Source: Nitrospirota bacterium
GTDB lineage: Bacteria; Nitrospirota; Thermodesulfovibrionia; Thermodesulfovibrionales; JdFR-86
Direction of reading: 5' to 3'
DNA length: 64,000 nt
Assembly (NCBI GenBank): GCA_963721805.1
Contig: CAVRJY010000002.1
Coordinates: forward strand, 32,001 to 96,000
Each line of letters begins with the position of its first letter. The first letter of the stretch is position 1. Under the pieces are notes generated by a model, which did not search any database, was not told the DNA's origin, and saw nothing but the letters and a program-made list of their open reading frames with translations. Both the position numbers and the translations under genes were made by a program. This document shows, in pieces, positions 1 through 9,595 of the stretch.

Positions 1-627
1 GGCGAGGGCTACAGGCTTATCGAGGCCGCAACCGGAGCGGACGGCCTCCGCGAGGCTGCGATCAAGAACCCCTCGATAGTGTTGCTAGACCTTGGGCTGC
101 CGGACATCGACGGCATCGAGGTTGCAAGGAAGCTCCGCGAGTGGAGTACCGTGCCGGTCATAGTAATTTCAGCACGTGGTCAGGAGGACGACAAGGTAAA
201 GGCCCTCGATGCAGGTGCAAACGATTACCTTACTAAGCCTTTCGGGGTCGGTGAGCTGATGGCGAGAATACGGGTGGCCCTGCGGGGCGCGCTGACGGCC
301 CCCGAGGAGTCGGTTTTCAACGTGGGAGGCCTGACGGTGGATCTCGCCAACCACCGAGTCACCGTCGATGGGGTCGATATGCACCTCACCCCGAAGGAAT
401 TCAAGCTGCTTTCGGTGCTTGTGCGGCAAACGGGCAAGCTCGTCACGCACGGCCAGCTCATGAGGGAGGTCTGGGGACCGGATTATATGAACCAGACCCA
501 TTATTTGAGGATATACATGGCGCAGCTACGACACAAGATTGAGCCTGATCCGGCGCGGCCTCGCTACTTCATCAACGAATCGGGCGTGGGCTACAAATTG
601 TGCGAGGGGTCCAATGTTAAGCCTTAA
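1..627 (+). CDS. kdpE: KDP operon response regulator (OmpR family), 5' end outside window
   Basis: Frame open from base 1. Motifs LLDLGLPDIDG, GANDYLTKPF and the winged-helix LRIYMAQLRHKIEPDPARPRY are typical of KdpE. Confidence 0.9.
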   Translation, partial: GEGYRLIEAATGADGLREAAIKNPSIVLLDLGLPDIDGIEVARKLREWSTVPVIVISARGQEDDKVKALDAGANDYLTKPFGVGELMARIRVALRGALTAPEESVFNVGGLTVDLANHRVTVDGVDMHLTPKEFKLLSVLVRQTGKLVTHGQLMREVWGPDYMNQTHYLRIYMAQLRHKIEPDPARPRYFINESGVGYKLCEGSNVKP

Positions 628-1113
628 TTTGAGGTACAGTAAATAGGCGCGGGGATATAGTGCCAATCAAAGGCGATGATAGGCCAGTGATTAGAAGGCT
701 TGTGGTGTCCATTCTGAACCCTCGGCTATCCTAGAGACGGTGGCGCAGCAATCCTCGCTTACCGTCTCAGACGGCACTGTAATATTCGCTGAGGCTGAAC
801 TTCCGGCATACAATAACCGTAAACCTTCCCTTCTTTCTGCATCGCAAATGCTTGGCCTCGATATTGGAGGGTGTTATAATTTATCGATGAAGATGCATAG
901 AGCGCTAAGGACCGGACCCTACCTTACGTTTTTAGCGACAGCAGTGATAGCTTTTACAGTCGATGTTCTCATGCCAGTCGCAGTAGGGCACCACGCATGG
1001 CATATATCCGGCATGTTACGCAAAAACCATGAAAGAAGGCGATGGAGAACCACCCAAGCCTCAGTGAATAACGGCAAGCTCCGCCTAACACAATATCGAT
1101 TGCTAGGACGGAA

Positions 1114-2340
1114 ATGGAACTATTCAATATCATAGCTATTCTCATCACGCTCTCAGCCGTATTCGGCTATGTGAACCATCGCTTTTTCAAGTTGCCGTCC
1201 ACTATAGGCATGATGCTGATCGCGATCATCATGTCGCTTACGCTTTTCCTGTTGGGACAGTTGGGTATGGAAAGGCACTGGATGACGCTTATGAGGAGCA
1301 TCGACTTCAACAAGACACTGATGGTAGGGATGCTCGGGTTTCTCCTGTTTGCCGGGGCCTTGCACGTAGAACTCAACGAACTACTCAAGAAGAAGTGGGA
1401 GGTTGGCGTCTATGCTACCGTAGGGGTCGTCATCTCGACCTTTATGGTCGGCACGTGCATGTATTACCTCCTCGGATGGCTCGGGCTGGAGCTGAGGTAT
1501 ATCCATTGCCTCCTGTTCGGCGCGCTAATCTCGCCCACCGACCCTATTGCCGTCATCGGAATGCTGAGGCTGGCTGGAGCGCCCAAGGGCCTTGAGGTCC
1601 AGATCGCCGGGGAATCGCTGCTTAACGATGGCATCGGCGTAGTGGTATTCCTTGTGCTGGCCGGAATAGCCTCGGGCGAATATGCGCCATCGCCTAACAC
1701 GGTCCTCATGCTCTTTGGCAGGGAGACGCTCGGGGGGGCGCTGCTGGGCCTGTTAATGGGATGGGTAGCATACCGCCTGCTAAAAAGCATAGACAACTAT
1801 GAGGTCGAGATACTCATATCTCTGTCGTTGGTTATGGGAGGTTACACACTGGCCGCATCGCTGCACACGTCGGGGCCGATAGCGATGGTCGTAGGCGGGG
1901 TGCTGATCGGCAGCCACGGACGCAGGCATGCGATGTCGGAGAAGACTCGCAGCCATCTCGACATGTTCTGGGAGCTGGTGGATGGAACCCTCAATTCGGT
2001 GCTTTTCGTATTGATAGGGCTTCAGCTGCTGTCAGTTACTTTTACGGCGCATACGCTCATGGCCGGGATCATCGCCGTGCCCGTGACGCTCTTCTCCAGG
2101 TGCGTCTCGATAGGCATTCCGCTACGACTGCTCACAATAAGGAAGCGTTTCGATTGGGAGGCGCTCAGGATCATGACCTGGGGCGGCCTCCGGGGCGGCA
2201 TAGCTGTGGCGCTCGCTCTCTCGCTGCCAAACGGCCAGGAACGTGACATAATCATAACCATGACATATATCGTCGTGATATTTTCGGTCCTCGTCCAAGG
2301 GCTGACATTCAAATATGTCGCTACCCCACGCGCGCAGTAA
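1114..2340 (+). CDS. nhaP: CPA1-family Na+/H+ antiporter (NhaP-like)
   Basis: Many TM segments; motifs SPTDPIAV, GESLLNDG and WGGLRG. Confidence 0.9.
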   Translation: MELFNIIAILITLSAVFGYVNHRFFKLPSTIGMMLIAIIMSLTLFLLGQLGMERHWMTLMRSIDFNKTLMVGMLGFLLFAGALHVELNELLKKKWEVGVYATVGVVISTFMVGTCMYYLLGWLGLELRYIHCLLFGALISPTDPIAVIGMLRLAGAPKGLEVQIAGESLLNDGIGVVVFLVLAGIASGEYAPSPNTVLMLFGRETLGGALLGLLMGWVAYRLLKSIDNYEVEILISLSLVMGGYTLAASLHTSGPIAMVVGGVLIGSHGRRHAMSEKTRSHLDMFWELVDGTLNSVLFVLIGLQLLSVTFTAHTLMAGIIAVPVTLFSRCVSIGIPLRLLTIRKRFDWEALRIMTWGGLRGGIAVALALSLPNGQERDIIITMTYIVVIFSVLVQGLTFKYVATPRAQ

Positions 2341-2523
2341 CCCTCTCTAACCCGCCTACTGGAATCGCGTGTAAGCCCCAATCTTCTCTCAGCCATATAA
2401 ATTGGCACTCCAGCCGGTGACAAAGGCTATGACCCGGAGCCTTCTTGCTTGTCCTCGCCCTTGATGGGCACGATTTTACCGCGTCTATTCACTATGCCCA
2501 TGAAACGGACAATTAGATATTCT

Positions 2524-3792
2524 TCAAACGCTCCACTTACAAATTTTATCCTCTACTATTTTCTTCTTGGTCGCATATCGTTCTCTAGATACGCGCACAA
2601 TCTTTTCAGCGTTCATTTCGGTGCCTGATAGGTCTTCAGGCGGCAAGGTGCAGGCAGAAAACGCATCCCTTGCAACACCATCAATCATGAGGCGCAGGTA
2701 AATATGATATTGGGGTAGGTTGCAGAAATGATCGGCCTCGAATGTGTGTCCTAACTCTTCCTCCAAGATGGCAGCGTCTCTTGCTCCGACACGGAATGAT
2801 ATGATCGTCCCGCAATTTCCGAATATTGCGTTTCGTACCTTCTCGTCGATCTGTTCGATGTACTGATTTGCTAGAATCAAATTCAGACGGTACTTTCTTG
2901 CCTCAGATAGGATGTTAGCAAATGACTCTGTCGCAAAGTTTTGGAATTCATCGACGTACAGATAGAAATCTCTTCTGTCCTTTTCAGTCGTATCCACCCT
3001 GGTCATTGCTGCAAGCTGTATCTTTGTAACCAGAAGCGCTCCGAGAAGTGCTGAATTATCCTCTCCGATTCTCCCCTTGCTTAAATTCACAATCAAGATT
3101 TTCTGGTTATCCATTACCTCGCGGACATCAAAAGAAGACTTGCTTTGACCGAGGATATTTCTCATGATTGAACTTGAAAGGAATTGCCCGACCTTGTTTT
3201 GGATCGGTGCGATTGCCTCGCCTCTTAGCTTCTCTGGGTAGCCCGCGAACTCCTTTGTCCAGAAATTGCGCACTACGGGGTCATCGATGTCCTTAGTCTG
3301 CTGCTTTCGGTATCCTTCATCGGCAAGAATTCTCAGAACCCCCAGAAGGGTTGAGTTGGGTATTCCAATAGGGTCAGAATCGCGTTTCTGAGTATGTGTT
3401 CAAGCCGTGGTCCCCAGCTATCGACCCAAATCTTCTTAAACACGCCGACTAAGCCCGAAGCGGTAAGATGCCGGGTAGCGGGGTTCTTGTCTATCATTAC
3501 ATTGAAGGCTATCGGGTATTCCTGATCTACTGGGTTGAAGTAGATGACATCGTTGATTCGATTTGAGGGAATGGCTTTCAGTAGCCGCTCGGCGGAATCA
3601 CCGTGCGGGTCTATGAAGGCCACCCCGTTACCATTTCTGATATCTTGTATGGCAAGATGCTCCAGAAGGTTTGTTTTGCCCATTCCTGTTTTCCCGATAA
3701 TGTACATGTGGCGTCTGCGATCATCTCTTTTGATACCAAATATTTCTCTCGTTTCGGAAATTTGTTTTTGCGAAAAATGTGATTTCTGACAT
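2524..3792 (-). pseudogene. VirD4/TraG-like (TrwB/HerA-type) P-loop ATPase, split by frameshifts near 3745 and 3350
   Basis: Fragments join as MSEITFFAKTNFRN..GIKRDDRRRHMYIIGKTGMGKT (Walker A) ... LYVDEFQNF (Walker B) ... SEARKYRLNLILANQY. Confidence 0.75.
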
Positions 3793-3981
3793 ATGTGTTT
3801 TTCTTACGGTTTAAAAAGCCCTTTGTTAGGGCCTTCATTGGCCTTGAAAAAAGCCCCCTCCTTCTTTGAAGACGAGGGGGCAAGGGTAAAGAGCTATTTG
3901 TTTTGTGTGAAAGACTCGCTTCTCTCAGTATCCTGAAGTACATCTGAAGATTCTTCAGGGCCTGGAAAGGCGATTTCTTCC

Positions 3982-4688
3982 TCATGATCTCTTAAGGCGG
4001 ATTGAGATCATCAGGAACTTGTTCATGAGCTTGAAGTGCTCCTGTGACAGATAGGGCAGTCCGAAATTACAGACTGCCTGGTGCCCGGAGTCCCATAGCT
4101 TGAGGCAGTCGAACATGTCGGTCGTAAAGTAGACCTCCTTGTCGGGCTCAATGCGGTCGTAATACAGGAGATAGAGTTCGGGGTTAAAGGAATGGTGGAA
4201 AACGTGTTTTCCGTCCTTTATCCTTATCCCGTAGTATGCTATCTTCTTTTCGTTCGTCCGTGACGGTAAAGGAGATGGTGCCGGACAGCATGGTTTTCCC
4301 CTTGGGCTTTCCCAACGCCGAACATCTGCAGGTTTCCTGGGATATGCCCATGTTGCTTAAGGTTCTTGTCGAACTCCAGCTCGTAGGTCAGCGTGAGCTG
4401 CTTGGTTATCTTTCCACCGGTGAAGCATGCCTTTTCTTCGAGCAGTTTCTTGGCCGTGTCCCAGTCACATTGCGAAATCGCCATGACCAGTGAGATGATG
4501 TGGCCGCTTCCTTTGCACTCAGGGCAGTACCAGAGGTTCTTTTTCTCTCCGTAGGCCTTTATGACGGCCTGTTTCCCGCACTTGTGGCATGGATACCTAA
4601 TATAGGCTCCATGCTGGCTACCGTCAATCTGAAGAAGCTTGAGGGCCTTGCTCGTATCAACGGCGCAAAGCGTGTTAGCGTAATTCAT
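3982..4688 (-). pseudogene. DnaG-like primase homolog (Zn finger plus Toprim-like remnant), frameshifted
   Basis: CHKC...WYCPECKGSG zinc-finger region. The downstream frame reads IAYYGIRI...VYFTTDMFDCLKLW...AVCNFG, which resembles the DnaG catalytic/Toprim region. Confidence 0.55.
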
Positions 4689-4748
4689 GCACAACCTCCT
4701 TATATGGGTGACTTTTAGGGGTGGATTTGTAGCAAAAAGACATGTTAT

Positions 4749-4802
4749 TATCCAGTAGACAGCTTGTATCCAACAGACAAACGCTTTTAAATCAAGGAGT
4801 TA
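4749..4802 (+). promoter_or_regulatory. att arm: two direct repeats plus IHF site
   Basis: TATCCAGTAGACA (4749) and TATCCAACAGACA (4767). AATCAAGGAGTTA (4790-4802) matches the IHF consensus WATCAANNNNTTR. Confidence 0.6.
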
Positions 4803-4827
4803 AGGATAGAGAGAGTTAGGCCGTTTT

Positions 4828-4873
4828 ATTCGTAATCAGCAGGTCGTGGGTTCGACTCCCATTCCCGGCTCCA
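4828..4873 (+). tRNA. 3' half of tRNA-Thr(CGT) = attR core; not an intact tRNA
   Basis: TTCGTAA anticodon loop, TCAGC, AGGTC, T-arm GTGGG-TTCGACT-CCCAT, acceptor strand TCCCGGC-T-CCA. No matching 5' half (GCCGGG.../D-arm) upstream. Confidence 0.85.
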
Positions 4874-4882
4874 GTAATACCA

Positions 4883-4914
4883 AAGGGTTGCGAGAAATCG
4901 CAGCCCTTTTTTTG
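4883..4914 (+). terminator. Intrinsic terminator of the original tRNA gene
   Basis: AAGGGTTGCG-agaaat-CGCAGCCCTT followed by a T run. Confidence 0.8.
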
Positions 4915-5008
4915 TTGTTTCTTAAGCCGTTACGGTTGACAGGGCTCTGAGAAAATGGGAGGATGAGGCATATGGCCGTGCGCAAATCCGCAGCAGGGGG
5001 TAAGACAG

Positions 5009-5626
5009 ATGGGCAATCCGATTGACGTCGCGGTGTTCGTCGGGAGCCTGAGGGCTGAGGCATTCAGCCGCAGGCTCGCAAACGCCCTGGCCGCGCTGGC
5101 GCCGCCAGAGCTCAGGCTCGGCATCGTCGAGATCGGCCAGATCCCGTTTTACAACCAGGACCTCGAGGCCACGCCGCCCGCGCAATGGACCGCCCTGCGC
5201 CAGCGTATCAGGGCCGCCGACGCGGTGCTCTTCGTGACGCCCGAGTATAACCGCTCGGTCCCGGCCGCGCTTAAAAACGCCATCGACGTCGCATCCCGCC
5301 CCTACGGCCAGTCCGCATGGGACGGCAAGCCCGGAGCGGTCGCAAGCGTATCGCCCGGCGCTATAGGGGGGTTCGGGGCGAACCACCACCTCAGGCAGTC
5401 GCTCGTCTTCCTGAACGTCCCGGCGATGCAGCAGCCCGAACTCTACCTGGGCGGCGCTGCCGAGCTTATCGACCCCTCCGGCACGATCACCAGGGAGGCG
5501 ACGCGTGCGTTTCTGGCCAGGTTCATGCAGGCCTTCGCCGCGTGGATCGTGGCGAACCGGCGCACGGGCGAGGGGATATTTCTGCTGGATAAGGTTGCCG
5601 GAAAAAATGTATCCTCAATGACATGA
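5009..5626 (+). CDS. NAD(P)H-dependent FMN reductase (ChrR/YieF family)
   Basis: Motifs GSLR, TPEYNRSVPAALKNAID and SPGAIGGFGA. Confidence 0.9.
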   Translation: MGNPIDVAVFVGSLRAEAFSRRLANALAALAPPELRLGIVEIGQIPFYNQDLEATPPAQWTALRQRIRAADAVLFVTPEYNRSVPAALKNAIDVASRPYGQSAWDGKPGAVASVSPGAIGGFGANHHLRQSLVFLNVPAMQQPELYLGGAAELIDPSGTITREATRAFLARFMQAFAAWIVANRRTGEGIFLLDKVAGKNVSSMT

Positions 5627-5683
5627 CGTGATCCACGTTTGCAGATGTTCCGGTATTTTTGCCGGTGCGGGGAGAGACACGCG

Positions 5684-6619
5684 ATGTCAGACAGCCAGGT
5701 GATCTATATGATCGGGTTTTCGCTGATAATACAGCTGGCGACCATCACATGCGCGCTGCAGCTTATCGCCGTGACCGGGTGGAAGAAGGCCTGGATACTG
5801 CTCTCGCTGGGCATCACGACGATGGGCATAAGGCGCGCTATGACCTTCGCCGAGCTGCTCGCGGGCGAACCCGTGCAGCCTCACCAGCTCAGCTACGAGA
5901 TATTCGGGCTTGGAGGCTCGGCCCTCATGCTCCTTGGAGTCATACTGATAAAGCCCATCTTCCTTTCGCTGAAAAACGTCGAGAAGTTGCAGGCCGAGGC
6001 GATCAGGGACAAGGACATGCTCATGAAGGAGACGTACCACAGGGTCAAGAACAACCTCTCGGTGATCCAGAGCCTGATGTCGCTGCAGCTCAAGGACATC
6101 AAGGACGAGAACTACAAGGCGTATTTCGTGGACATACAAAACAGGGTCAAGAGCATGAGCATGATCCACGAGAGGCTCCAGCGCTCCGGGGACCTGAAGA
6201 ACATCGACGCCGGAGAGTACCTGCGCAGCCTCTCAAGCACGCTCTTCCACGGCTACAGGACGAACCCCAATATAAGGATCAGCCACGAGATCGAGGACGC
6301 CAGCATGGACGTCGATACCCTGATACCGCTGGGGCTGATCTTAAACGAGCTCGTCTCAAACGCGATGAAGTACGCCTTCCCGGCAGGCAGGGAGGGGGAG
6401 GTCAGGGTCTCGTTTTCGAAGCCCGGCGAGCAGGAATACCTGCTGGTGGTCAAAGACGACGGGGCCGGCCTGCCGCCGGACTTCGATATCAGGCAGGCAG
6501 GCTCGCTGGGGATGAGGATCGTCAAGTCCCTGGCCCGGCAGCTGAACGCCGAGCTTTCCATATCCGGCGAAAACGGGGCCGAGTTCAGGCTCCTCGTCAG
6601 GGGCCGCCCCCACCCCTGA
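5684..6619 (+). CDS. Membrane sensor histidine kinase, HisKA_2 type
   Basis: 3 TM helices; motifs HRVKNNL, NELVSNAMKYAF and DDGAG. Confidence 0.85.
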   Translation: MSDSQVIYMIGFSLIIQLATITCALQLIAVTGWKKAWILLSLGITTMGIRRAMTFAELLAGEPVQPHQLSYEIFGLGGSALMLLGVILIKPIFLSLKNVEKLQAEAIRDKDMLMKETYHRVKNNLSVIQSLMSLQLKDIKDENYKAYFVDIQNRVKSMSMIHERLQRSGDLKNIDAGEYLRSLSSTLFHGYRTNPNIRISHEIEDASMDVDTLIPLGLILNELVSNAMKYAFPAGREGEVRVSFSKPGEQEYLLVVKDDGAGLPPDFDIRQAGSLGMRIVKSLARQLNAELSISGENGAEFRLLVRGRPHP

Positions 6620-6707
6620 GCGCGCTGCTGCCCGGCCCTCTGCGCCGCGCGGCAGCCTTTCTCCCTTACAGGCCCGCCAGATTAGAAGAAAACAGTTTCG
6701 AAACTCC

Positions 6708-6736
6708 TTGACAAACCCGCAGCAATCATATATCAT
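6708..6736 (+). promoter_or_regulatory. sigma70-type promoter
   Basis: TTGACA-N17-TATCAT upstream of the CBS gene. Confidence 0.6.
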
Positions 6737-6794
6737 AATATTAATATGACTGACCCCCGCAAGGGGGCAATACGGCTTAAAAGGAGAAGGCATA

Positions 6795-7214
6795 ATGATA
6801 CGGGCCAAGTACGTGATGTGCAAGAGGACCGCGGTCTCGATAGACACGATGGGCCGCGAGGTGGTACACAAGATGATGGCCAGCGGCTGCCCCGGCATAC
6901 CGGTGGTCGACGAGCGCTCTGAGGTCATAGGGATCGTGAGCATGTGCAACATCCTCAAGGCCGCCAGGGAAAACGGCTCTGAGCTCGACCGGATCTCGGC
7001 CGGGCAGGTGATGTCGCGGATGCCCGTCACCGCGGACGCCGAGGCCTCGCTCGACGAGCTCTCGCGCCTGATGATCGAGCACAACTACCCGGTCATCCCC
7101 ATAGTGAGGGGCAAAAAGCTGATCGGCATCGTAAGCGCGCGAGAGATCATCGACACCTACATGGAGCCGCACCTCTTCAGCTCCTTCGAGGAGAAGGTGG
7201 CCGTCCCGGCCTAA
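6795..7214 (+). CDS. CBS-pair protein
   Basis: Two CBS repeats (IPVVDE..VIGIVS; IPIVRG..LIGIVS); AAGGAG SD. Confidence 0.85.
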   Translation: MIRAKYVMCKRTAVSIDTMGREVVHKMMASGCPGIPVVDERSEVIGIVSMCNILKAARENGSELDRISAGQVMSRMPVTADAEASLDELSRLMIEHNYPVIPIVRGKKLIGIVSAREIIDTYMEPHLFSSFEEKVAVPA

Positions 7215-7235
7215 GCGGCAGAGATCCGTGCGGAG

Positions 7236-9494
7236 CTAGCGGCCCCCGGCGCGCTTAAACGCATCGGCCAGCGAGGTACGCGGCTTATCCGGCTTCGGCG
7301 CGGGCTTGCGGCCGGCCGGGGCTTCCTCCTTATCAGGCCGGAGCTTTGCGGCCTCGGGGTCCTTCTTTAGGGACAGCGATATGCGCCTGCGGCCTATGTC
7401 GACCTCCAGGACGAGGGCATCGACCCGCTGGCCGACCTTCACCGCCTGCGCCGGGTCCTTTACGTACCGGTCCGAGAGCTGGCTTATATGCACCAGGCCG
7501 TCCTGGTGCACGCCAATGTCCACGAACGCGCCGAAGTTCGTGATGTTCGTCACCACGCCCGCAAGCCGCATGCCGGGCTCGAGGTCCTTCAGCTCCGAGA
7601 CGCCCTCCTTAAACGAGAAGCCCTCGAACGCCGCCCTCGGGTCGCGGCCGGGCTTTGCGAGTTCCTCCATGATGTCTTGAAGCGTCGGCAGGCCGACCGT
7701 ATCCGTGATATATGCCGTCAAGTCGATCTTCAGCCGCATCTCGGGCCGCTCGATCAGCTCGCCCACGCTCACGCCCAAATCCGTGGCCATTGCCTCGACG
7801 ATCTGGTAGCTCTCTGGGTGCACCGCGCTTGCGTCGAGCGGGTTTTCGGCCCCGGCAACCCTCAAAAAACCCGCGGCCTGCTCGAACGCCTTGGGCCCGA
7901 GGCGGGGCACCTCCTTAAGTGCGGCGCGCCGCTTAAACGGGCCGTGCTCCTCGCGGTGCCGAACGATGTTCTGTGCGAGGGATGGGCCGAGGCCGGAGAC
8001 ATAGCTCAGGAGCTGGGCGCTCGCGGTATTGACCTCGACGCCGACCGCGTTTACGCAGCTTACGACCACGTCGTCGAGGCCCTGCCTGAGCATGCCCTGG
8101 TCCACGTCGTGCTGATACTGCCCGACCCCTATCGACTTGGGGTCTATCTTTACCAGCTCAGCGAGCGGGTCCATCACCCTGCGGCCTATCGAGACCGATC
8201 CGCGCACCGTTATGTCAGCATCCGGGAACTCCGCCCTCGCGGCCTCGCTCGCGGAGTATATCGACGCGCCGCTCTCGTTTACCGAGACTATCTGGATATC
8301 CCCGCGTAGCCCTATCCCGCGTATGAACGCCTCGGTCTCGCGGCCCGCCGTGCCGTTGCCTATGGCTATGGCCTCGATCTCATATTTCTCGCAGAGCCCG
8401 AGTATCGTGTTTTTCGCCTTTGCCAAAGCCGCATCCGAGCCGAGCAGGAAGACAGTTTCATAATGCTTGAGGCCGCCCTGAGCGTCGAGGCATACGACCT
8501 TGCAGCCGGTGCGGAATCCGGGGTCTATCGCGAGCACGTTTTTCTGGCCCAGAGGAGGGGCGAGCAGGAGCTGCCGCAGGTTTTCCTTGAACACCCGGAT
8601 AGCCTCGTCGTCCGCGCGTTTTTTGAGGGCGAGCCTGAGTTCCGCCTCCATCGAAAACGAGAGCAGCCGCTTGTAGCCGTCCTCGACCGCGAGGCGCACC
8701 TGCCCGGAGTCCGCGCCTGAGCCGCGTACGAACATCGCGGTCAATATAGAGACAGCCCCCTCATCGGGCGGGGTAGCGCGCATGATCAGGCACTCCTCGC
8801 GCTCGCCGCGCCTGATCGCAAGGACCCTATGAGATGGCGCTGAGCGGGCCGGCTCCTCCCAATCGAAATAGTCGCGGTACTTGGCCCCGGCAGCCTCCCT
8901 GTCCTTCGCGACGCGCGAGCGGATCGTCGCGTGCGCGGCATAATAGGCGCGGAGGCGCTCCCTCGCGGCCTTGTCCTCGCTCACCCACTCCGCGATGATG
9001 TCGCGCGCCCCGGCCAGGGCGTCCCCGGCCGAGTTGATTTCCTTCCCGGGGTCGATGAACGCGGCCGCCTCGGACACTGGATCGAGGCCGGTCTGGTTGA
9101 ATATCGCCTGGGCCAGGGGCTCCAGCCCGCGTTCGCGCGCCACCATAGCGCGCGTCCTGCGCTTGGGCCTGTAGGGCAGGTATACGTCTTCGAGTTCGGC
9201 CATCGTACTGGCAGCGGTGACAGCGGTTTTGAGCCCGTCAGTGAGCAGGCCGCGTTCCTCGAGGCTCTTTAAAATAGCGATACGGCGCTTGTCGAGTTCG
9301 TGCAGCTCGGCCATGCGGTCTCTGATCGAGGTTATCGCGACCTCGTCGAGCAGCCCGGTGGCCTCCTTGCGATAGCGCGCTATGAAGGGCACCGTCGCGC
9401 CTTCGTCGAGGAGCGAGGATGCGGCCAGGACCTGTGCCGGTCTGATGCCGAGTTCGGCGGCCACGCGGCCGATGTGTTCCGTGGTTCGTTCCAT
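7236..9494 (-). CDS. tex: Tex-family RNA-binding transcription accessory protein
   Basis: Motifs TVPFIARYRKEATG, DPGFRTGCK and SIGVGQYQHDV; C-terminal S1 domain. Confidence 0.95.
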   Translation of the reverse strand: MERTTEHIGRVAAELGIRPAQVLAASSLLDEGATVPFIARYRKEATGLLDEVAITSIRDRMAELHELDKRRIAILKSLEERGLLTDGLKTAVTAASTMAELEDVYLPYRPKRRTRAMVARERGLEPLAQAIFNQTGLDPVSEAAAFIDPGKEINSAGDALAGARDIIAEWVSEDKAARERLRAYYAAHATIRSRVAKDREAAGAKYRDYFDWEEPARSAPSHRVLAIRRGEREECLIMRATPPDEGAVSILTAMFVRGSGADSGQVRLAVEDGYKRLLSFSMEAELRLALKKRADDEAIRVFKENLRQLLLAPPLGQKNVLAIDPGFRTGCKVVCLDAQGGLKHYETVFLLGSDAALAKAKNTILGLCEKYEIEAIAIGNGTAGRETEAFIRGIGLRGDIQIVSVNESGASIYSASEAARAEFPDADITVRGSVSIGRRVMDPLAELVKIDPKSIGVGQYQHDVDQGMLRQGLDDVVVSCVNAVGVEVNTASAQLLSYVSGLGPSLAQNIVRHREEHGPFKRRAALKEVPRLGPKAFEQAAGFLRVAGAENPLDASAVHPESYQIVEAMATDLGVSVGELIERPEMRLKIDLTAYITDTVGLPTLQDIMEELAKPGRDPRAAFEGFSFKEGVSELKDLEPGMRLAGVVTNITNFGAFVDIGVHQDGLVHISQLSDRYVKDPAQAVKVGQRVDALVLEVDIGRRRISLSLKKDPEAAKLRPDKEEAPAGRKPAPKPDKPRTSLADAFKRAGGR

Positions 9495-9595
9495 TTATAT
9501 TGCAGGCTCCTTGGGGATCGATTCGAAGATACTTATTATAACACCCGCGCGGGGCACTGACGGCTCTTAAGCCGGGTGAACTGACAGGCGCGCCC

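Larger units (their letters stand above)
1..4873. mobile_element. Right part of a tRNA-Thr-integrated genomic island (left end outside window)
   Basis: Ends in a 3' tRNA fragment. Contains VirD4-like and primase-like genes and has lower GC than the DNA after ~4950. Confidence 0.75.

Noticed and set aside
740..1135. 131-aa ORF before nhaP
   Set aside because: No recognisable motif or SD, and it overlaps the antiporter start.
4800..4873. Intact tRNA gene
   Set aside because: No 5' acceptor strand or D-arm, so it is treated as an att fragment.
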